A DNA stretch of 32,000 nucleotides from Breznakia sp. PF5-3 (GCF_029504745.1 NZ_JAQFIQ010000019.1:1-32000); one strand, 5' to 3'; shown: positions 1 to 7,018, numbered from the stretch's first letter. Notes: a model not told the origin generated them from the letters alone. Numbers and translations are program-made.

Positions 1-43
1 CTTTGTATAATTGTATCTTCTGTTCTCTTAGTAACTTCGACAT
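1..43 (-). CDS. 5' end of a minus-strand CDS that runs off the left edge (N-terminus MSKLLREQKIQLYK...); product unknown
   Basis: The reverse complement of 1-60 reads GGAGGTG-N9-ATG TCG AAG TTA CTA AGA GAA CAG AAG ATA CAA TTA TAC AAA, open to the window edge. It has an SD-like GGAGG. Only 14 codons are visible. It is not in the ORF track because it is truncated. Confidence 0.3.
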   Translation of the reverse strand, partial: MSKLLREQKIQLYK

Positions 44-180
44 ATAAAAATGCACCTCCTTTTATTTGGGTGTCCAAATAACGGGGTGCACTTCAATATG
101 TCTTGTTTTTATTTTTGTAATTTTGCAAAGTTAATAAAAAGAAAGATATTACAAAAATATGAAATCATTTTCATAAATGA

Positions 181-209
181 TTGACAAAAGTTTCATTATC
201 CCGTAGTAT
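181..209 (+). promoter_or_regulatory. Sigma-A-type promoter for the T-box leader and ABC importer operon
   Basis: TTGACA (181-186), 17-nt spacer, TAGTAT (204-209). It sits just upstream of the T-box Stem I. Confidence 0.55.
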
Positions 210-224
210 TAAACATAAATAAAG

Positions 225-460
225 CAAAAACAGTGAAATGAAAGAGTAAGTTTCTGGTTGAAAGTAGAGATGTTATGGTTGGTGAAAATAACACAAAAAG
301 GGAACTGAATACATCATGGAGTTGGATACCGAACATTTATATTAGTAGGCTATCTTGGTTAACAACCATTATCTTGTAAGTATGTACTGAGATGATATAT
401 TTATATATCAAACAGAGGTGGTACCGCGGCTTAGTCGTCCTCTATGGAGGGCTTTTTTTG
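225..460 (+). promoter_or_regulatory. T-box riboswitch leader with a tyrosine (UAC) specifier and an intrinsic terminator
   Basis: GA/K-turn plus S-turn element TGAAAGAGTA (about 239-248). Stem I helix AGTTTC (249-254) pairs with GGAACT (301-306). AGAGA bulge at 266-270 and distal loop GGTTGGTGAAA. Specifier loop GAA-TAC-A has the codon at 310-312 and the conserved purine at 313. Canonical T-box sequence AACAGAGGTGGTACCGCG lies at 411-428 with a TGGT bulge at 419-422. Antiterminator arm AGAGG (414-418) pairs with CCTCT (439-443), and this competes with terminator hairpin 437-452, which is followed by T7 (453-459). Confidence 0.85.
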
Positions 461-498
461 TTTTATAAGGAAAAAATTGATATTTGGGAGGAAATGTT

Positions 499-1470
499 AT
501 GAAAAAGATAAGCATGTTATTATTGACGCTTTTTATGGGGGTCATGATTGTTGGATGTGATGATAAAGATGATGCAGTTACGCATATTGGAGTTATTCAA
601 TATGCAGAGCACCCAGCATTGGATCAAGCATATGAAGGGTTTTTAGCTGCATTGAAGGATGAAGGATATAAGGAAGGGGATAATTTAGCAATTGACTTTA
701 AAAATGCACAGGGAGACCCTTCTACGCCTGAAACAATTGCTAATAAATTAGTAAATGATCAAAATGATTTGATTTATGCAATAGCAACTCCAGCAGCACA
801 GGCAGTAGCACAAAAAACATCAGAGATACCAGTTGTTATTTCTGCTGTTACTGATCCAAAAAGTTCTGGTCTTGTTAAGAATAATAAAAAGCCAGGTACA
901 AATGTGACAGGAACAAGTGATTTAACACCAGTTAATGAACAAATTGATTTGCTTACACAACTTTTGCCTGATGCGAAAAAGGTAGCAATTATGTATACTA
1001 ATGCAGAAGATAATTCACGATTCCAAGCAGATTTAGCTAAGAAAGCAATTGAAAAAGCTGGATTGGAATGGAGTGAAGCAAAAGTATCTGATATGAGTCA
1101 AATTCAACAAGTTACACAATCTTTAGTTGGTAAAGTAGATGCGATTTATATTCCAACTGACAACATGATGGCAGAGGGAATGAGTACGGTATCTATGGTT
1201 GCAAATAAAAATAATATTCCTTGTATTGTTGGTGAAGGTGGAATGGTTAAAAATGGAGGATTGGCTACATACGGAATCAATTATTATAATTTAGGATACC
1301 AAGCTGGCCTTCAAGCAGCAAAAATCTTAAAAGGTGAAAATCCAGCAGATATGCCAATTGAATACCTTGCAGCTGAAGACTGTGAGTTGACAATCAATAC
1401 AACAGTAGCAAAAGAATTAGGAATTACGATTCCACAAGAACTAAAAGACAAAGCAACGCTTGTAGAATAA
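499..1470 (+). CDS. ABC transporter substrate-binding lipoprotein (ABC_sub_bind / COG2984 family)
   Basis: The ORF track frame is 484-1470. I prefer ATG 499, which is 7 nt after GGGAGG (486-491). N-terminus MKKISMLLLTLFMGVMIVGC carries a lipobox (IVGC). The length and motif pattern (IGVIQYAEHPALD, TNVTGTSD) are typical of this family. Confidence 0.85.
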   Translation: MKKISMLLLTLFMGVMIVGCDDKDDAVTHIGVIQYAEHPALDQAYEGFLAALKDEGYKEGDNLAIDFKNAQGDPSTPETIANKLVNDQNDLIYAIATPAAQAVAQKTSEIPVVISAVTDPKSSGLVKNNKKPGTNVTGTSDLTPVNEQIDLLTQLLPDAKKVAIMYTNAEDNSRFQADLAKKAIEKAGLEWSEAKVSDMSQIQQVTQSLVGKVDAIYIPTDNMMAEGMSTVSMVANKNNIPCIVGEGGMVKNGGLATYGINYYNLGYQAGLQAAKILKGENPADMPIEYLAAEDCELTINTTVAKELGITIPQELKDKATLVE

Positions 1471-1479
1471 GGTAATAGT

Positions 1480-2409
1480 ATGACAAGTTTATTCTTATCG
1501 ATTCAGGATGCCGTAAGTCAAGGTGTTCTTTGGGGTGTGATGGCCTTAGGTGTATATATAACCTTTCGTATTTTAGATGTTGCAGATTTAACAGTTGATG
1601 GAAGTTTTGCTACTGGTGGGGCTGTATGTGCAATTATGATTACCAATGGTGTATCACCGATTATATCTTTGTTATTAGCGATTGTAGCAGGGTTTGTTGC
1701 AGGGTTAATCACAGGAGTATTAATTACAAAGTTTGAAATTCCAGCCATTTTAGCAGGAATACTAACCCAGATTGGGTTATATTCTATTAACATGCGAATT
1801 ATGGGAGAGCGTTCTAATTTACCACTTCTTCAAAATGAAACTTTATTTAAAAATATTAGTGATTTTACGGGACTTAGCATTGCTCATTCTACACTTTTAA
1901 TCGGTGCTGTTTTTGTAGCACTTGTAATTCTTGTGTTATATTGGTTTTTTGGTACAGAGATTGGTTCATCTATTCGTGCAACCGGAAATAATGAAAAGAT
2001 GGTATCTGCCTTAGGTGTTAATATTAATACAACCAAAATTCTAGGTTTAATGATAAGCAATGGTTTGATTGCTTTATCAGGAGCACTTGTGACACAGTCG
2101 CAAGGATATGCGGATGTGAAAATGGGGACTGGTGCAATCGTAATTGGTTTAGCATCAATTGTAATAGGAGAAGTATTGTTTGGAAGAAAGCAAAATTTTG
2201 GAATCCGTTTATTATCTATTGTAATTGGATCCGCAATTTATCGAATTATTATAGCAATTGTTTTAGAATTGGGATTAAATACAGATGATTTAAAATTGTT
2301 AACGGCGGTTTTAGTAGGTGTTGCATTGGTGATTCCTGTTTTATTAAACAGACAAAAACAAGTTCGTATGTATAAGAAACTTACGGGAAAGGAGTCTGAA
2401 AATGCTTAA
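1480..2409 (+). CDS. ABC transporter permease (COG4120-type, partner of the COG2984 binding protein)
   Basis: 309-aa polytopic hydrophobic protein. It lies directly downstream of the binding protein and overlaps the ATPase gene by 8 nt. Confidence 0.85.
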   Translation: MTSLFLSIQDAVSQGVLWGVMALGVYITFRILDVADLTVDGSFATGGAVCAIMITNGVSPIISLLLAIVAGFVAGLITGVLITKFEIPAILAGILTQIGLYSINMRIMGERSNLPLLQNETLFKNISDFTGLSIAHSTLLIGAVFVALVILVLYWFFGTEIGSSIRATGNNEKMVSALGVNINTTKILGLMISNGLIALSGALVTQSQGYADVKMGTGAIVIGLASIVIGEVLFGRKQNFGIRLLSIVIGSAIYRIIIAIVLELGLNTDDLKLLTAVLVGVALVIPVLLNRQKQVRMYKKLTGKESENA

Positions 2410-3202
2410 GATTAAAGGTGTAAGTAAGACCTTCAATGCAGGTACCGTGAATGAGAAAAAAGCACTTAACCAAATTGATTTGGAGTTAAATGAAGGTGAT
2501 TTTGTCACTGTTATTGGTGGTAATGGAGCAGGAAAAAGTACGGTGTTGAATATGATAGCGGGTGTTTATCCGATTGATTGTGGATATATTTATCTTGATC
2601 AAGAGAATATTTCATTATACCCAGAATATGAGCGAAGTAAGCTTATTGGAAGAGTGTTTCAAGATCCGATGATGGGAACTGCTGCAGATATGGCAATTCA
2701 AGAAAATCTTGCTATGGCCAATCGACGTGGTTTTAAAAGAGGTTTAAAATGGGGAATAAAACCCAGTGAAAAAGAGATGTTTAGAGAACGTCTTAAAAAA
2801 TTGGAGTTAGGATTAGAAGATCGATTAACTTCAAAGGTTGGATTGTTATCGGGTGGACAACGACAAGCGCTAACCCTTTTGATGGCAACATTACAAAAGC
2901 CGAAACTACTATTGCTTGATGAACATACAGCAGCATTAGACCCAAAAACGGCAAAGAAAGTTTTGCAGATTACAAAAGAAATTGTTGAAGAAGATCAATT
3001 GACAACATTGATGGTAACACACAACATGAAAGATGCGATTGCTTATGGAAATCGCTTGATTATGTTTCATGAAGGAAATATAATTTTTGATATTCGTGGA
3101 GAAGATAAAAAGAATTTAAAAGTATCGGATTTATTAGAAATGTTTGAGAATGCAGTAGGTGAAGAAATGGATAATGATACATTGTTATTATCAAAAGATT
3201 AA
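2402..3202 (+). CDS. ABC transporter ATP-binding protein (COG1101-type)
   Basis: Walker A GGNGAGKST, signature LSGGQRQ, Walker B LLLLDEHTAALD, H-loop VTHNM. RBS AAGGAG precedes ATG 2402. Confidence 0.9.
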   Translation: MLKIKGVSKTFNAGTVNEKKALNQIDLELNEGDFVTVIGGNGAGKSTVLNMIAGVYPIDCGYIYLDQENISLYPEYERSKLIGRVFQDPMMGTAADMAIQENLAMANRRGFKRGLKWGIKPSEKEMFRERLKKLELGLEDRLTSKVGLLSGGQRQALTLLMATLQKPKLLLLDEHTAALDPKTAKKVLQITKEIVEEDQLTTLMVTHNMKDAIAYGNRLIMFHEGNIIFDIRGEDKKNLKVSDLLEMFENAVGEEMDNDTLLLSKD

Positions 3203-3225
3203 TTGTAAATAGTTGATAAAAAATG

Positions 3226-3254
3226 TTGACGAAATCGCAATTGTAAATTATAAT
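3226..3254 (+). promoter_or_regulatory. Sigma-A-type promoter for the MarR gene
   Basis: TTGACG (3226-3231), 17-nt spacer, TATAAT (3249-3254). The spacer carries one copy of the 10-bp repeat AATTGTAAAT. Confidence 0.55.
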
Positions 3255-3291
3255 ATGGTTATAAAATATAATATTTTATTGGAGGGACATT

Positions 3292-3726
3292 ATGGATGTA
3301 ACATTGATTGAAAAGTGTGAACGCTTATCAGCAGAAACAAATGAATTGGCTTTTGCCTTGATGAGACCATTTTATGAAGAATATGGAATTAATTATTTGA
3401 AATTGAGTGTACTTAGAGAAATTTCTAAGAGTGATTCGATAACATTAAATATGTTAGCAAATAAATTGTCAAAAGCAGCAGCAAATCTTTCGGTCGTTAT
3501 TACGACAATGGAAGAGGAAGGCTATGTGAAAAGAACACGTTCGGTTAATGATAAACGCATAACGTTCATTCAGATTGATAAAAAAGGAAAAGAAATTTCA
3601 GAAAAGAGTTATAATTATATAGCGGAAGTTTTTGATAATGTTCTTTCTAATGGAAATGAGTTAGATGTTTTAGTAAAAGCTTTAGAGGATTATCGTGATA
3701 AACTTCTGACAGCTATTGAAAAATAA
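3292..3726 (+). CDS. MarR-family transcriptional regulator
   Basis: 144 aa. Winged-helix segment LSVLREISKSDSITLNMLANKL...GYVKRTRSVNDKRITFIQIDKKG is typical of MarR. RBS GGAGGG lies upstream. Confidence 0.8.
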   Translation: MDVTLIEKCERLSAETNELAFALMRPFYEEYGINYLKLSVLREISKSDSITLNMLANKLSKAAANLSVVITTMEEEGYVKRTRSVNDKRITFIQIDKKGKEISEKSYNYIAEVFDNVLSNGNELDVLVKALEDYRDKLLTAIEK

Positions 3727-3933
3727 AGAAGTAGTATTTTATATTGAATATTAATATAAGATGAAGTATGATTATTAGTAGTTTTATAAATATGATTTGA
3801 AGACAGTTTTACTGTCATGTAATAGATTTATTTTATTTGGTTTATACAGATTAAGATATATACCGCCCCTCCAAAATGGTTATATATATTATTACTGTGT
3901 AAATATTGAGGTTCTCCTGAATCTCTCTCACTT

Positions 3934-3962
3934 GGATAGTGCATGCACTATCCTTTTCTTTT
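3934..3962 (+). terminator. Rho-independent terminator with no CDS immediately upstream
   Basis: Perfect 20-nt palindrome GGATAGTGCATGCACTATCC (3934-3953) followed by TTTTCTTTT. It lies about 210 nt downstream of the MarR stop, with no supported ORF in between. Confidence 0.7.
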
Positions 3963-3997
3963 GGAAAAAATAATTTTAAATTTATGAAGAAAATAAC

Positions 3998-4028
3998 TTG
4001 ACTCTCTTACTATGTGAGGGTTTACACT
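3998..4028 (+). promoter_or_regulatory. MerR-type promoter with a 19-bp spacer and an imperfect dyad
   Basis: TTGACT (3998-4003), 19-nt spacer (4004-4022), TACACT (4023-4028). The spacer contains CTCTTAC-TAT-GTGAGGG, in which 5 of 7 positions are dyad-symmetric, centred at 4012. It lies 32 nt upstream of the MerR-family gene. Confidence 0.55.
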
Positions 4029-4060
4029 ATAACTAGGAAGTAATCAAAAAGGAGGTTTCT

Positions 4061-4879
4061 ATGTTAAGAATTGGAGTGTTTTCAAAGTTATCAAATGTGA
4101 GTATTCGGATGCTACGTCATTATGATGAGATAGGATTGCTTGTGCCTTGTCAAATTGATGAAATCAGTGGTTATCGTTATTATAGTGCTGCACAGTTGGA
4201 AACAATTTCTAAAATTCAAAGATTAAAAGATTTAGGTTTTTCCTTAGCAGTGATCAAAGAAATGGTATATCAACAAGATATACAGGGAGTTGAACATTTT
4301 TTTGAAGTTCGTAGATTGGAAATTGAAGAAGAGTTAGAACGTATAAAAAAACAAAGTATGCTATTGGACGAAGTGAAGGATATAATGAAGAAAGACAATG
4401 CAATGAATTACCATGTAATTCATAAAATACTGCCAGATATCAAAGTTATAAGCGTTCGAAAAAAAGTGCCATCATTTTATAACGAACAAGATTTATGGAA
4501 TGAATTGTATTCGCAGATTTCAAAGCAAAATGTGAAATTGAAAACACCCATTCATGCTATGGCAATGTATCACGATAAAGAGTATAAAGATCGTGATGTA
4601 GATTTAGAGGTAGCAATGCAGGTAGAGTCAATGATGGATCCTATAGATGATGTAAAGGTTTATCAAACAGGAGAAATTGAAGTAGCTTCCATTACTTTCC
4701 ATGGCTCTTATGAGCAAATGCCACTCGTTACACAAGCAGTAGGGAATTGGACGGAAATGAATGGATATGAACTAGATGGAAAAATGATTAATATTTTTCA
4801 TGTATCTCCAGCACAAGAAAAAAATGAAGAAAATTGGATTACTGAAGCATGTTTTTTAATAGAAAGAAGAGGACGATAA
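4061..4879 (+). CDS. MerR-family transcriptional regulator with a C-terminal GyrI-like / AraC-E-bind effector domain (BmrR-like architecture)
   Basis: N-terminal MerR HTH IGVFSKLSNVSIRMLRHYDEIGLLVP...SGYRYYS, followed by a coiled-coil linker and then an effector-binding-type domain of about 150 aa. Strong AGGAGG RBS. Confidence 0.85.
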   Translation: MLRIGVFSKLSNVSIRMLRHYDEIGLLVPCQIDEISGYRYYSAAQLETISKIQRLKDLGFSLAVIKEMVYQQDIQGVEHFFEVRRLEIEEELERIKKQSMLLDEVKDIMKKDNAMNYHVIHKILPDIKVISVRKKVPSFYNEQDLWNELYSQISKQNVKLKTPIHAMAMYHDKEYKDRDVDLEVAMQVESMMDPIDDVKVYQTGEIEVASITFHGSYEQMPLVTQAVGNWTEMNGYELDGKMINIFHVSPAQEKNEENWITEACFLIERRGR

Positions 4880-4880
4880 A

Positions 4881-5390
4881 ATGCCAAGAGCAACAAACAA
4901 AAAAGATTTATTATTAGATGCAAAAACAAATTATCAAAAATTAATGGAATTAGTAGAATCATTTTCACCAGAAGAACAAGAAGGAACATTTCCCTTCGAA
5001 GATCGTGATCGTAACATCCGTGACGTTTTAGTTCATTTACATGAATGGCACAATATGATGGAAAGATGGTATCGTGAAGGTTGTATTGAATCAAAGACGC
5101 CAGTGATTCCAAGAGAAGGCTATAATTGGAAAACAACAGCAGCGATGAATAAGATGATTTGGGAAATGTATCAAGATGTTTCTTTAACCAATGCAAAGCA
5201 ATTGCTTGCAGAATCTCATCAGAAAATGATTGATATTATTGAAAGTCATACCAATGAAGAGTTATATGAACGTGGCTATTACAAATGGACAAAAACAACA
5301 ACCTTAGGACAGTATTTTGTTGGATCAACAGCTAGTCATTATGATTGGGCAATGAAGAAAATCAAAAAGTATCGAAAAGCTATAAAATAA
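4881..5390 (+). CDS. ClbS/DfsB-family (DUF1706) four-helix-bundle protein
   Basis: 169 aa. The length and the motifs RNIRDVLVHLHEWHNMM and STASHYDWAMKKIKKY match my recollection of the ClbS/DfsB family. The ATG is 2 nt after the MerR stop, which suggests translational coupling. Confidence 0.7.
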   Translation: MPRATNKKDLLLDAKTNYQKLMELVESFSPEEQEGTFPFEDRDRNIRDVLVHLHEWHNMMERWYREGCIESKTPVIPREGYNWKTTAAMNKMIWEMYQDVSLTNAKQLLAESHQKMIDIIESHTNEELYERGYYKWTKTTTLGQYFVGSTASHYDWAMKKIKKYRKAIK

Positions 5391-5415
5391 AAAGATAACT
5401 CCGGTTATCTTTTTG
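5391..5415. terminator. Bidirectional rho-independent terminator between convergent genes
   Basis: AAAGATAAC (5391-5399) pairs with GTTATCTTT (5404-5412) around a 4-nt loop. The hairpin is A-rich upstream and T-rich downstream. Confidence 0.75.
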
Positions 5416-5419
5416 TTTA

Positions 5420-6115
5420 CTATTCTATTATATTTCCATCTGTGGAAATAGTGGTAACTTGCCAAGGAATAAATTTACCGCTATTTTGTAAGGCTTGTTT
5501 TGCAGCATTTTCTAGCCCTCCACAACATGGGACTTCCATTCTCAGAATATGAATGCTTTTTATATTGTTGTTTTGAATGATTTGTGTTAGCTTTTCGCTA
5601 TAATCTCCTTCATCTAATTTTGGGCAACCAATAATTGTTACATGGTTGTGCATAAACTCTTGATGAAAGTTTGCATATGCATAGGCACAACAATCGGCAG
5701 CAATCAACACATTAGCATTTTCAAAATAAGGCGCTTGTACTGGCACTAATTTTATTTGGACTGGCCATTGTTGTAGTTGACTTTGTAGTTCTATTTGTGA
5801 TTTCTCACGAATATTTTCTTTTGTATGTAAAGCGCCATTAAATTGTATTGACGGACATTGATGAGTAGTGTTTTTTTTAGCTAAATGCTTTGCAACTGCC
5901 GCTTCATCATAACTAGCGGCTTCCCGGGTTTCAAATTGGATTGCTCCTGTAGGGCAAGAAGGTAAGCAGTCGCCTAACCCATCACAATAATCTTCACGAA
6001 TCAGCTTAGCTTTTCCATTCACCATAGCAATTGCTCCTTCATGACAGGCAACTGCGCAAAGCGCACAGCCATTACATTTATCTTCATCTATTTTAATAAT
6101 TTGTCTTGTTTCCAT
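5420..6115 (-). CDS. 2x[4Fe-4S] ferredoxin-domain protein with a Cys-rich C-terminal domain (FrdX-like)
   Basis: CNGCALCAVAC and CDGLGDCLPSCP are ferredoxin-type cluster motifs. The C-terminal domain carries ADCCAYAY, GCPKLD and VPCCGG motifs. Confidence 0.75.
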   Translation of the reverse strand: METRQIIKIDEDKCNGCALCAVACHEGAIAMVNGKAKLIREDYCDGLGDCLPSCPTGAIQFETREAASYDEAAVAKHLAKKNTTHQCPSIQFNGALHTKENIREKSQIELQSQLQQWPVQIKLVPVQAPYFENANVLIAADCCAYAYANFHQEFMHNHVTIIGCPKLDEGDYSEKLTQIIQNNNIKSIHILRMEVPCCGGLENAAKQALQNSGKFIPWQVTTISTDGNIIE

Positions 6116-6129
6116 AGTTGTATCCTTTC

Positions 6130-6158
6130 GTCATAATTCTTGACTTTCTAATTGTAGT
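6130..6158 (+). promoter_or_regulatory. Sigma-A-type promoter for the Crp/Fnr-family gene
   Basis: TTGACT (6130-6135), 17-nt spacer, TATATT (6153-6158). Confidence 0.5.
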
Positions 6159-6182
6159 TTACTATATTAAAAATGAAAAGTA

Positions 6183-6198
6183 TGTTGTTTTTACAACA
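6183..6198. promoter_or_regulatory. Perfect 16-bp palindrome TGTTGT-TTTT-ACAACA, a candidate Crp/Fnr-family operator
   Basis: Seen directly in the sequence. It lies between the predicted -10 and the RBS (AGAGGTGG, 6201-6208) of the Crp/Fnr gene, inside the divergent intergenic region. Confidence 0.4.
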
Positions 6199-6211
6199 AA
6201 AGAGGTGGATA

Positions 6212-6853
6212 ATGAATAAATTATTTCAAATGTTGTATAGTCATGAATTGTTTTCAGGAATGAGAAAAATAGAAATTGATGATATTTTATCTAAGTTAAG
6301 AAAAAAAGATTATGATCATGAAACTTTGATTTATGCAATTGGCGAAAAGCAATTTTCTATTGGAATGGTGTTGGTAGGAAATGTATCAATTAATAAAATT
6401 GATTATTGGGGAAATCGATCAATTATCGCAAAGTTAAAACAAGGTGAAATTTTTGCTGAAGCATTTGCATTTTCGGAATTAGATGAATTACCTGTTAATA
6501 TTGTTGCTGATAAAAATACGGAAGTATTGTTTATCAGTGTAGAACAATTTGTTTTTTTTGGTGTTAAATATCCTCAATTGATGAAAAACATGATGAAGAT
6601 ATTGGCTAAGAAGAATTTATATCTTACAAAAAAAATGGATGTGATAACAAAGCAGAGAATTCGTGATAAAGTGTTGTCATATTTGTCTGCACAGGCAGAG
6701 GAACATGGAATGTATACATTCACAATTCCATTGAATCGTAATGAGTTAGCTGATTTTTTATCGGTTGATCGAAGTGCTTTGTCGAATGAACTTAGTAAGA
6801 TGCAAAAAGAGGGTATCTTAACGTATCATAAAAATGTCTTTACTCTACTTTAA
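6212..6853 (+). CDS. Crp/Fnr-family transcriptional regulator (cNMP-binding-like domain plus C-terminal HTH); contains no cysteines
   Basis: The track ORF starts at 6173. I prefer ATG 6212, which follows AGAGGTGG. The earlier start would place the palindrome and the RBS inside the coding sequence. C-terminal HTH: RNELADFLSVDRSALSNELSKMQKEGIL. Confidence 0.8.
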   Translation: MNKLFQMLYSHELFSGMRKIEIDDILSKLRKKDYDHETLIYAIGEKQFSIGMVLVGNVSINKIDYWGNRSIIAKLKQGEIFAEAFAFSELDELPVNIVADKNTEVLFISVEQFVFFGVKYPQLMKNMMKILAKKNLYLTKKMDVITKQRIRDKVLSYLSAQAEEHGMYTFTIPLNRNELADFLSVDRSALSNELSKMQKEGILTYHKNVFTLL

Positions 6854-6873
6854 ATTTTATTCATTCGTTTGAA

Positions 6874-6901
6874 TTGACCTTTTACCAATATGGCTTATAT
6901 T
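6874..6901 (+). promoter_or_regulatory. Candidate promoter for the P-type ATPase operon
   Basis: TTGACC (6874-6879), 16-nt spacer, TATATT (6896-6901). This leaves a leader of about 110 nt. Confidence 0.4.
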
Positions 6902-7018
6902 TAAACTGTAAATATAGAGTACAAAAAGGGGTGATTTACAAAGACTTAAGAATCCTTTTATGAACTCTATGATAGTATCAGTTTGTTTATAAATTCACTG
7001 ATATTGGGGGAGGTAAAT

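Noticed and set aside
1-180. Possible insertion-sequence end at the left edge. The truncated minus-strand gene has an N-terminus, MSKLLREQKIQ..., that faintly recalls IS3-family OrfA N-termini
   Set aside because: Only 14 codons are visible. No terminal inverted repeat or target duplication can be identified, so the resemblance is too weak to call a mobile element.
484-498. Upstream non-ATG starts proposed by the ORF track: TTG 484, 6173, TTG 6983, GTG 18310, TTG 22222, GTG 23599 and TTG 26311
   Set aside because: In each case an in-frame ATG a few codons downstream sits at canonical distance from a strong AGGAGG-like RBS. The extension would also cover an RBS, operator or terminator, or add a residue run not typical of the family.
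1518-1793. Antisense or out-of-frame ORFs nested inside well-supported genes. Coordinates: 1518-1793, 4798-5196, 7822-8085, 8758-9138, 9679-9882, 10510-10731, 11372-11656, 12339-12590, 12747-13079, 14245-14433, 14928-15221, 16158-16358, 16458-16667, 17727-17945, 18785-18982, 22867-23058, 25888-26163, 26200-26382, 27021-27293, 27162-27392, 27397-27606, 27863-28087, 29416-29616, 29616-29825
   Set aside because: Each is fully or largely overlapped by a longer ORF with recognisable family motifs. None has a convincing RBS, and the translations are low-complexity mirror-frame products typical of AT-rich genomes.
6902-7018. Possible c-di-AMP (ydaO/kimA-type) or other riboswitch in the roughly 110-nt leader of the P-type ATPase/trkA operon
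   Set aside because: Only scattered similarities are present (GGGGTGA..., GAATCCTTTT). The paired pseudo-symmetric conserved cores of that riboswitch class are absent and the leader is too short. All I can see is a simple hairpin, GTATCAGT/ACTGATAT (about 6974-7003), ahead of the RBS.
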